From: an uncultured bacterium
Lineage (GTDB): Bacteria; Margulisbacteria; WOR-1; CAVSGV01
Direction of reading: 5' to 3'
DNA length: 64,000 nt
NCBI GenBank assembly: GCA_963768305.1
Contig: CAVYHE010000004.1
Coordinates: 1-64,000, forward strand
Position numbers and translations under genes: made by a program. The notes beneath the pieces are model-generated. The model searched no databases. It saw nothing but the letters and a program-made list of their open reading frames with translations, and was not told the origin of the DNA. Position 1 is the stretch's first letter. Every line of letters begins with the position of its first letter. Shown piece after piece: positions 55,816 to 64,000 of this stretch.

Positions 55816-56972
55816 TTGTTCTTCCTTAAATCTTTATGAGCTTGCACAAATGACCCGTTTATAATAGAAGCAGATATTGCTAATTCACCTGCAAGTATTG
55901 TGCCTCCAATGATTTCTGCCAGTTTTAATGATTTATTTGAACCATAGCATCCCATAATTTCTAAGCATTCTCTTTGAGTAGGCAGATTTGTTCCTCCCCC
56001 AACTGTACCGATGAGAAGGTTGGGCAGATAAACACTTCCATAAAGATCCCCTGACTTTAAAATCTCACATTGGCTAATACCTGCACAAGAATGGATGATA
56101 TGTGCAATATCTTGCCCGGTTGCAGTAAAAATCGCAGAAATTCCATTAGCGATTTGACCATTCATCCCAACCATTCCTGCATGCAAGCCGGATAACATAG
56201 TTGTATGATACCATTCCTGAAGATCTTCAGGGGTGACATTTAACAATCTTAGACATTCTTTTGGAATGACCGCTTCAGCAAAGACCTCTTTACCATACCC
56301 TTTTATAAATCCTAATGCAGACATTTTTTTATCTGATGAATATCCTGATCTGATTAAATGTCTAATGCCTGTTTCATTTGAAATGTATTTGCAGGCATTT
56401 TCAGTCATTATATTGATCATGTTCATCCCCATAGCATCACCAGTTTTATAACAGAACCTAGAAAAGACCTTTCGTCCCACGATTTTATTTTCAATCTTTA
56501 ACAATTGCCCATGTTTTGTAACAGCCTCGGCTTCTTTTTTTATGTTAACGAAATGGCCCTCAAGCCATTTAATAAAATCTTTGCATGCTTTTAAGGACTC
56601 AAGAAAAAACACCGGGGATATGTGAATTGAATCATTGAGGACTGAAACATTAACCCCCCCACATTTATTCAACACGCGCATTCCTATATGATAAGAAGTG
56701 ACTAATACCCCCTCTGTGGTGGCGAGAGGAACCGAAAATAGTCCTTTTGCATATTCACCATTAATTTGAATAGGTCCACATAATCCAATTGGGATTCGAG
56801 TCTCGCCAATTAAATTTTCAATGTTATTTTTGAAAATATCTGGATTATCAGTAAATTGAGAAATCTGTTTTAAGGAAATCCCATTTCTAGCTTCTAACCA
56901 TTTGATTCTCTCATCTATGGCTTCACGCGAATAATCATTAATTTTATTTTTCGGTGGCAATTCTTGCTTCAT
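55812..56972 (-). CDS. Class I HMG-CoA reductase-like protein
   Basis: ENLIG, PLATTEG, GDAMGMNM, SSDKK, ATGQD, GTVGGGT, AGEL and C-terminal His (VQAHK). Confidence 0.9.
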   Translation of the reverse strand: MKQELPPKNKINDYSREAIDERIKWLEARNGISLKQISQFTDNPDIFKNNIENLIGETRIPIGLCGPIQINGEYAKGLFSVPLATTEGVLVTSYHIGMRVLNKCGGVNVSVLNDSIHISPVFFLESLKACKDFIKWLEGHFVNIKKEAEAVTKHGQLLKIENKIVGRKVFSRFCYKTGDAMGMNMINIMTENACKYISNETGIRHLIRSGYSSDKKMSALGFIKGYGKEVFAEAVIPKECLRLLNVTPEDLQEWYHTTMLSGLHAGMVGMNGQIANGISAIFTATGQDIAHIIHSCAGISQCEILKSGDLYGSVYLPNLLIGTVGGGTNLPTQRECLEIMGCYGSNKSLKLAEIIGGTILAGELAISASIINGSFVQAHKDLRKNK

Positions 56973-56997
56973 TATTTGGCTCCTTATTTCTTTTTTT

Positions 56998-57100
56998 ATT
57001 ATCCCATACCCTCATTTTCTCGTCAACGTCTCTTACACTATTATATAAATTTCAAATTTTTCGCCTCTAATTTGTCAGCGCACGCACTTAATGCTAAAAT
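56998..57100. promoter_or_regulatory. Back-to-back sigma70-type promoters
   Basis: Minus strand: TTGACG (57021-26)-N17-GATAAT (56998-57003). Plus strand: TTGTCA (57072-77)-N17-TAAAAT (57095-100). Both have a TG extension. Confidence 0.65.
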
Positions 57101-57122
57101 TACAAGCGAAGAGGCCAAAAAA

Positions 57123-59221
57123 ATGCTAATTAATGCAATTTCGACACTGCTCACCAATTTTACTTTTTCTTTACCCTTCAATTTTTATCTATACACGATC
57201 TTATCAATAGCAATATTAAGCTTATTTCTCGCATTCTTTGTTTACGCAAAGAATAGATCAAATGTCGGCAAATGGTTCAGTGTTTTCGCGCTTTTGGTCG
57301 CCTTTTGGGCGTTTTTCTATTTTCTGTCTGCATGGATTAACGATTACGCCTCCGACAGGTTTTTATTGAGAACTGGCATGATATGCCGGAGCACTTATTT
57401 TGCCTGCATTCACGGAATTTGTTCATGCCTTTGTCGGGAAGAAAACTCATCCTTTAATCAGATATGGCAACATATTTTTAGCTATTTATTATAATTGCTC
57501 CAATTTATACAAAACTCTTTGTAATTGACGGCTGGGCCTTATCTTGGGTTTTCATTATAGCCCGACTAGCTGGTCCTATAGCCAAATTAGAAATGGCCCA
57601 GTATTTTTTAAATGTTTTTATTGCTGAAATCGTGCTTTTCAGATCGTTCAAAAAAGATAATTCTCATTTTAACAATCAGATTAAATATCTTATGTTTGCC
57701 ACAATTCTGGGGTTTTTTGGAGCCGCGACCAACTTTTTAATTTGGCTTTCAATTCCTTTCCCGCCTATATTTAACGTATTAATACCTATTTATATTTTCA
57801 TTGTTGCTTACGCGATCGTTAAGCATCGCCTGATGGATATCGAAGTCGTTTTACGCAAAGGCTTACTCTATTCATTAATGGCCGGTCTTTTATCAGCCTT
57901 TTATCTTTCCGCCGTTTTCCTTTTCGGCAATTACCTTGGCAGCCGGAAGAGCGCCGCTTCGATAGTGTTCACGATATTTTCCATCGTATTCTTCTCCATC
58001 ATCTTCCAGCCCCTGCGCGACAGGATACAGGCGCTCATAGACAGGGTTTTCTTCCGCCTCAAATACGATTACCAGAAAACATTGAAGGAACTGAGCAAAA
58101 CGGCGCGGTCGGCGGAAAAAATAGACACGCTTCTTGATAAGGTCGTTCCGTCGCTTGCCGACACATTCAAGCTCTCCCACGCCTGCGTCTATACATTTGA
58201 CAAGCGGTCGGCGCGGTTCCTTCCCAGAAAAACAGTAAAACTCGCATTCGACCCTCCGCCTCTTTCAAACGACGACGCGATCATCCGCCTTTTGACCGCG
58301 AGAAAAGAGCCCGTTTTCGCGGATGATATCCCGGCCGCCGGCAGAACGATCGGCGCCGCCGTATTCCTGCCGATCTTGTTCAAGGATAACCTTGTCGGGT
58401 TCCTCTGCCTCGGGAAAAAACTGTCCGAAGAGCCGTTCAGTAACGAGGACATCGACCTTTTATCCACTCTCTGCAATCAGATAGGGACTTCCATCCAGTA
58501 CGCTGCGCTCTACGAGGACGCCATGGAAACACAGAATCAACTTTATCAGGCGGATAAGCTGGCGACCGTGGGCGCGCTTGCCGCCAGCCTCGCCCACGAA
58601 ATAAGGAATCCCATCGCGGCAATTAAAGGATTCACTTCGGTCATCGATAAAGCCGTCGCCAGCAATGATGTTGAAGCGATAAAGGATTTCAAGGATGTCG
58701 TTCCCAGACAGCTTGACCGCATTAACACGATAGTCGAAAAACTTCTCACCCTCAGCAAGCCGACCCAGCTTGAAAAAAAAGAAGTTGATATCAATGATCT
58801 GCTCTCGGATATCGTAAAGCTCGTGGACAAACAGGCCGCGAACAACAGGGTCAGGATAATAACAGATGACCTGAAAGCTTCATCAAAAATAAACGGCGAC
58901 CTTGGCCAGCTGACGCAGGCATTTTTGAATTTGATACTCAACGGTATCCAGGCCATGCCGGACGGCGGGACGCTTGATATCCGGTCTTCGGATGAAAAGT
59001 ACGGCACAGTAGCAGTTGAAATTAAAGACAGCGGCGTCGGCATTCCGAAAGAGAAACTGGCCAGCATATTTGATCCGTTCTTCACGACAAAGGATAAGGG
59101 GACCGGCCTCGGACTCTCTGTGACGAAAAAGATCATTGAAGACCATCACGGAAAGATCGAGGTAATATCTGATGTCGGGAAGGGGACGGCTTTTATAGTT
59201 AAGTTGCCGGTCGCCGGCTGA
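57123..59221 (+). CDS. Sensor histidine kinase 2: HisKA_7TM-like + GAF + HisKA + HATPase (frameshifts about 57390-57590)
   Basis: Multi-TM N-terminus, YAIVKHRLMDIE, LGKKLSEEPFSNED, AHEIRNPI, NLILNG, DSGVG, GTGLGL. Confidence 0.9.
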
Positions 59222-59235
59222 TATATCTTTTTAGC

Positions 59236-59862
59236 TCACTCTTTTTGTTCAAGAAACTTAAGCATCACCGGATTATAACGATAATACGGATCTATTCCGC
59301 GTATTTTTCCCGCGTGGCTTCCTCCCGTTGAAACCGCGGCCAGCGCTTCTTTGACAGTGTAGCCTTTGAAATCGATCAAATATTTCGCGATGATCAGCCC
59401 CGTTCTGTCCACTCCCCATAAGCAATGAATATAGACCGGCTTCGAAAAAGCCGAGCTCATTTTCTTCCAGTTATCCTCTGTCGGCGCCTTCAGCCAGGTC
59501 ATGGGGATATGGACCCTTTTCAGTCCGGCCTTATTAAGAAGCCGGGCATATCGATCTTCAGTCTTTCGATCGTTCTGGAGGTCGATAACAGTCACAACAC
59601 CTTCGCTTTTAAGATATTTGAGTATCTTCAGCACCTGTGCGTCAGTATTATTTAATTTGTTCGCCGGACCCATAGGATGCCCGCCGGCGAATATTTTGCC
59701 GTCTATCACTCTGAAATTGTAGGGCAGGGGACCGAGGCCCTGGACTTCCTTCAGGGGATAGCTGACGCATGTTGACGGCTGATGGGCAAAAGATTGAGCG
59801 GAAGAAATGAAAAGAACTGCCGCGAGGACCGCAAATATTATCGCGAGCTTTTTAATTCTCAT
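59236..59862 (-). CDS. Exported tyrosine/dual-specificity phosphatase-family protein
   Basis: Signal peptide ending SFA; P-loop HCLWGVDRTG (CX5R). Confidence 0.85.
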   Translation of the reverse strand: MRIKKLAIIFAVLAAVLFISSAQSFAHQPSTCVSYPLKEVQGLGPLPYNFRVIDGKIFAGGHPMGPANKLNNTDAQVLKILKYLKSEGVVTVIDLQNDRKTEDRYARLLNKAGLKRVHIPMTWLKAPTEDNWKKMSSAFSKPVYIHCLWGVDRTGLIIAKYLIDFKGYTVKEALAAVSTGGSHAGKIRGIDPYYRYNPVMLKFLEQKE

Positions 59863-59970
59863 GATTTAATTATAGCATCTTCTCCCTTGCCGATTGTATT
59901 TATTTATGCTAAAATAGCTACCTTCGTCTCGATAATTTCCCGAAAATAAGTTAAAGGAAGTATTATTGTA

Positions 59971-61321
59971 ATGTTTAAAAAGATACTGATAGCAAACAGG
60001 GGCGAGATCGCGGTGCGCGTCATAAGAGCGTGCAAGGAGATGGGCATTAAGACCGTCGCCGTCTACTCCGATGCGGACAAGGATTCTCTCCACGTGAAGA
60101 TCGCCGATGAGGCCTACTGCATCGGCCCTGCAATACCCAGCCAGAGCTATCTCAATATTCCCAGCATAATCTCCGTTGCAGAAGTCGCGGGCGCGGAAGC
60201 CATTCACCCCGGCTACGGATTCCTGGCCGAGAACGAAAAATTCGCCAATATCTGCGCGCAGTCCAAGATCAAGTTCATCGGGCCGTCCCCTGAAGCCATG
60301 AAATCCATGGGCGATAAATCCATCGCGAGAAAGACCGTATCCAAGGTCGGGGTTCCTGTTGTTCCCGGCTCCGACGGCGTCATAACCGACGAAGCCGAAG
60401 CTTTAAGGTTAGCCGTGAAAATAGGATACCCTGTCATAATAAAGGCATCAGCCGGCGGCGGCGGCAGAGGGATGAGGGTCGCAAATGATGAAACCGAGCT
60501 GGAGTCTCATATCAAAACTGCCAGGGCCGAAGCCGAAGCTGCATTCGGAAATCCTGCCGTTTACATTGAAAAATATGTATTAGAGCCCCGCCACATAGAA
60601 TTCCAGATACTTGCCGATGAAAAAGGGAATGTCATCCATCTTGGGAGAAAGAGATTGTTCCATCCAGAGAAGGCACCAGAAATTGCTGGAAGAATCTCCG
60701 TCCACTGCGCTTGACGACAAACTCAGGAGAAAAATGGGCGACGCCGCCATCAGGGTGGCCAGGTCCGCCAAATACGTGAACGCGGGGACCATCGAATTCC
60801 TCCTTGATAAGCACGGCCATTTTTATTTCATGGAAATGAACACGCGCATCCAGGTGGAGCATCCGGTGACCGAAATGGTGACCAGCGTGGACATCATAAA
60901 GGAACAGATCATCATCGCGACCGGCGAGAGAATGACATACAAGCAGTCCGATATTGTTTCGCGCGGCCACGCCATCGAAGCCAGGATAAACGCCGAAGAC
61001 CACGAAAGGGATTTCATGCCGTGCCCGGGCGAAATAACCGTTTATCTTGCTCCCGGCGGACCCGGAATAAGGGTGGACAGCCACGCTTATCCGGGATACA
61101 AGGTCCTTCCGCATTATGATTCATTAATAGCCAAGCTGATCGCGTGGGCGCCGACAAGGGAAGAAGCGATAAACCGACTGGACAGGGCGCTGGACGAATA
61201 CGCGATAGGCCCGATCCCGACCACGATCCCGTTCCATCATAAAGTGCTCAAGATAAAGGAATTCAGGGAAGGCAAAGTTTATACCGACTTCATAGCCAAG
61301 CATTTCGTCGGACATGGGTAA
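59971..61321 (+). CDS. accC: Biotin carboxylase (frameshift near 60645)
   Basis: [51 protein letters not shown]. Confidence 0.96.
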
Positions 61322-61709
61322 AAGATCCACCGCCCGCCGCCTCGCGATGCAGGCAATTTATCAATCGGAGGTCTCCGGCATTTCTGCCGATAAAGCCCTT
61401 GAAAATCTTTTCTCGGAAGAAAAACTCGCTGATGATACGAAAAAATTCGCCGGCCGGCTTGCGAACGGCGCTATCGGCAATAAGTCCGCTATCGACGCAA
61501 AGATCGCCGGCTCCGCAAAGAACTGGACAGTGGACAGGATAAACGCGATAAACATGAGCATCCTCCGCCTTGCTTTCTACGAGCTGATGTTCGAAAAGGA
61601 CACTCCGGCGGCTGTCGTTATCAACGAGGCGCTGGAGCTGGCGAAACGCTATTCGGATCCCGAATCCGCCAAATTCATAAATGGAATCCTCGGCTCCGCC
61701 GTGTTATAA
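61314..61709 (+). CDS. nusB: Transcription antitermination factor NusB
   Basis: RSTARRLAMQAIY, ILRLAFYEL, INEALELAKRY, FINGIL. Confidence 0.95.
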   Translation: MGKRSTARRLAMQAIYQSEVSGISADKALENLFSEEKLADDTKKFAGRLANGAIGNKSAIDAKIAGSAKNWTVDRINAINMSILRLAFYELMFEKDTPAAVVINEALELAKRYSDPESAKFINGILGSAVL

Positions 61710-61719
61710 TTCATTTTCT

Positions 61720-62382
61720 ATGTTCACCGGAATTATCGAAGAACAGGGCAAGGTTGAATCCCTCATAAGATTCCGCGACAGGGCGGTCATCACCATCAGC
61801 GCGAAATTCACGCCTGACGTAAATGTTTCCGACAGCATAAGCGTGAACGGCGCGTGCCTTACGGTCTCTGAAATATCAAAAGGCAGCTTCAAAGCGGATA
61901 TAATAAAGGAAACCTTCACGAAAACCTCGCTTACGTATCTTAAATACGGCGAATACGTCAATCTTGAAAGGGCTATGCCTGCCGACGGAAGGTTCAACGG
62001 CCATATCGTCCAGGGCCATGTTGACTGCAGATCAAAAGTCATCAATATAATAAGCGGGGACTCAGAAAGAGAGATAGAGGTCGCGTTCCCTGATGAATAC
62101 AGCAAATTTATCGCTGAAAAAGGTTCTATTGCTGTCGACGGAGTAAGCCTGACGGTTTCCAGGCTTTCCGGCCGGTCGTTCAGGGTCGCGATAATCCCGC
62201 ATACCGCTCAGAACACGAACCTCTTCAATAAGAAGATAGGCGACTTCGTCAATCTTGAGTTCGACGTCCTCGCGAAATATCTTGATAATATCGCCAGGAC
62301 AAAGCCGTTCAACACGTTGATCGATCTGAAGGATGCGAAGATCGACGAGGATTTCCTCAAAAGGGCGGGATTCCTCAATTGA
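61720..62382 (+). CDS. ribE: Riboflavin synthase (alpha chain)
   Basis: [42 protein letters not shown]. Confidence 0.95.
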   Translation: MFTGIIEEQGKVESLIRFRDRAVITISAKFTPDVNVSDSISVNGACLTVSEISKGSFKADIIKETFTKTSLTYLKYGEYVNLERAMPADGRFNGHIVQGHVDCRSKVINIISGDSEREIEVAFPDEYSKFIAEKGSIAVDGVSLTVSRLSGRSFRVAIIPHTAQNTNLFNKKIGDFVNLEFDVLAKYLDNIARTKPFNTLIDLKDAKIDEDFLKRAGFLN

Positions 62383-63587
62383 AATTCAACACGATCGATG
62401 AGGCGGTAAAAGATATCGCCAACGGGAAGATGGTCATCGTCCTTGACGACGAGGACCGCGAGAACGAAGGCGACCTAGTCATGGCCGCGGAAAAAGTGAC
62501 CCCGGCCGCCGTCAACTTCATGATAACCCACGCCAAGGGCCTCGTCTGCGTCCCAATGACCGAAGAACAACTGGTAAAACTTGATCTTAAACCAATGGTC
62601 TTTGACAACACCGAAGTGATGAAGACCGCTTTCACGGTTTCTGTGGACGCCGCGAAAAAGCACGGCGTTACCACCGGCATCTCGCCGTCAGACAGAGCGA
62701 AAACCATCGAGATACTAATTGCTCCGTCGTCAAGGCCGGCTGATCTCGCGAGGCCCGGCCATGTGTTCCCGCTTAAAGCTCTTCCCGGAGGGACTTTGCG
62801 AAGGGCAGGGCACACGGAAGCGGCAGTTGACCTTGCAAAATTTGCGGGGCTTTTTCCGGCGGGAGTGATATGTGAAATAATAAAGGCTGACGGCAAAATG
62901 GCCAGGACGCCGGACCTCGTCAAATTCGCGAAGGGCCATAAGATAAAGATCATCACTATAGCCGATCTCATCAAGTACAGGATGAAAAAAGAAAAATTGA
63001 TCGTCAAGATAGCAACGACAAAAATGCCCACAAAATTCGGCGACTTCACCCTTCAGGCTTACCAGGACACTCTGGAAGGCTATTATCATATCGCGCTTAT
63101 CAAAGGCATGATCAAGGGCAAAAAGAACGTACTTGTCAGGGTCCATTCCGAATGCCTTACCGGCGATATTTTCGGATCTCTGAGATGCGACTGCGGCGAA
63201 CAGCTTTCAAGGTCGCTGGAAATGATCGGCGCGTCGGACAGCGGCCTCCTTCTTTACATGAGGCAGGAGGGCAGGGGCATCGGTTTGCTCGGGAAGTTGA
63301 AAGCGTATGAATTGCAGGATAAAGGGAGGGACACGGTGCAGGCGAATTTCGATCTCGGATTTAAGGACGATCTGCGGGATTACGGCATCGGCGCGCAGAT
63401 ACTGGCCGACCTCGGCCTTACATCCATCAAGCTCATCACGAACAATCCAAGGAAGATCGTGGGGCTTGAAGGCTATGGATTGACCGTATCAGAAAGAATT
63501 CCACTTGAAATTATTCCAAATAAGCATAATATTAAGTACCTCAGGACCAAATCAAGGAAGCTTGGGCATATTCTTTCGTTAAGATAA
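62379..63587 (+). CDS. ribBA: Bifunctional DHBP synthase / GTP cyclohydrolase II
   Basis: [43 protein letters not shown]. Confidence 0.96.
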   Translation: MKFNTIDEAVKDIANGKMVIVLDDEDRENEGDLVMAAEKVTPAAVNFMITHAKGLVCVPMTEEQLVKLDLKPMVFDNTEVMKTAFTVSVDAAKKHGVTTGISPSDRAKTIEILIAPSSRPADLARPGHVFPLKALPGGTLRRAGHTEAAVDLAKFAGLFPAGVICEIIKADGKMARTPDLVKFAKGHKIKIITIADLIKYRMKKEKLIVKIATTKMPTKFGDFTLQAYQDTLEGYYHIALIKGMIKGKKNVLVRVHSECLTGDIFGSLRCDCGEQLSRSLEMIGASDSGLLLYMRQEGRGIGLLGKLKAYELQDKGRDTVQANFDLGFKDDLRDYGIGAQILADLGLTSIKLITNNPRKIVGLEGYGLTVSERIPLEIIPNKHNIKYLRTKSRKLGHILSLR

Positions 63588-63615
63588 AGAGAAAATTCAT
63601 AAGGAGGGAAGGTTT

Positions 63616-64000
63616 ATGGGGAAAACGGTTGAAGGGAAACTGGACGCCACAGGTTTAAAGTTCGGGATAATAGTAAGCAGGTTCAATGATCTTGTTTCAA
63701 AAGGCCTTCTGGACGGAGCTCTGGACTGCCTTAAAAGGCACGGAGCGGACGAGACAACAATAGATGTCGTCTGGGCGCCGGGCGCTTTTGAGATACCTCT
63801 TGTCGCGAAAAAAATGGCGGCAAAAAAATATAACGCATTGATATGTCTGGGTGCGGTTATAAGGGGCGGCACGCCTCATTTTGATTACGTCGCGTCGGAA
63901 GCCGCGAAAGGCGTTGCGAAGGTCTCTCTGGATTCAGGCGTTCCGGTGATTTTCGGCATACTTACCACTGACAATCTGGAACAGGCGCTGGAAAGAGCGG
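63616..64000 (+). CDS. ribH: Lumazine synthase (3'-truncated by window)
   Basis: My translation: [24 protein letters not shown]...WAPGAFEIP...[15 protein letters not shown]...[11 protein letters not shown]. Confidence 0.95.
   Translation, partial: MGKTVEGKLDATGLKFGIIVSRFNDLVSKGLLDGALDCLKRHGADETTIDVVWAPGAFEIPLVAKKMAAKKYNALICLGAVIRGGTPHFDYVASEAAKGVAKVSLDSGVPVIFGILTTDNLEQALERA

Noticed and set aside
55812..56972. Mevalonate-pathway gene cluster
   Set aside because: No HMG-CoA synthase, mevalonate kinase, decarboxylase or IPP isomerase is in the window; they could lie elsewhere in the genome.
55100..57880. Invertible segment swapping sensor domains between the two inverted kinases
   Set aside because: The shared motifs differ at many nucleotide positions, there is no long perfect inverted repeat, and no recombinase gene is in the window.

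Overview
A 64-kb bacterial chromosome segment, mostly housekeeping genes: groEL; nusA-infB-rbfA-nrnA-truB-ligA; tpiA-fba-pfp; comF-hpf-secA-prfB; DUF5693-like/csaB/tagA; asd; cysE-cysS-serS; trpG; femX-like/murE; pyrK-pyrD; accC-nusB-rib; and three tRNAs (Cys, Val, Gly). Gene content loosely suggests a diderm Terrabacteria-type lineage such as Saganbacteria/Margulisbacteria; this is a tentative inference. About 17 genes, many of them essential, carry single-base frameshifts, best explained as uncorrected long-read indels. The main points of interest are: (1) a low-GC cassette holding a stand-alone class I HMG-CoA-reductase-like gene plus the membrane sensor domains of two divergent orphan histidine kinases whose cytoplasmic halves are high-GC. 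This resembles the swappable signal-synthase/receptor blocks of agr and comQXP. (2) A conserved ~30-bp element, TGAAA-N15-GYCGAYAA, with sigma28-like spacing, upstream of four scattered, mostly orphan genes. (3) One of those orphans is bracketed by a synonymously recoded duplicate of the trpG 3' end, an integration scar. (4) A tandem GT-C duplication that captured the femX promoter and start codon. (5) Frequent leaderless-type promoters and two small basic ORFs below the ORF-track cutoff. No CRISPR array, rRNA, transposase or integrase was seen.
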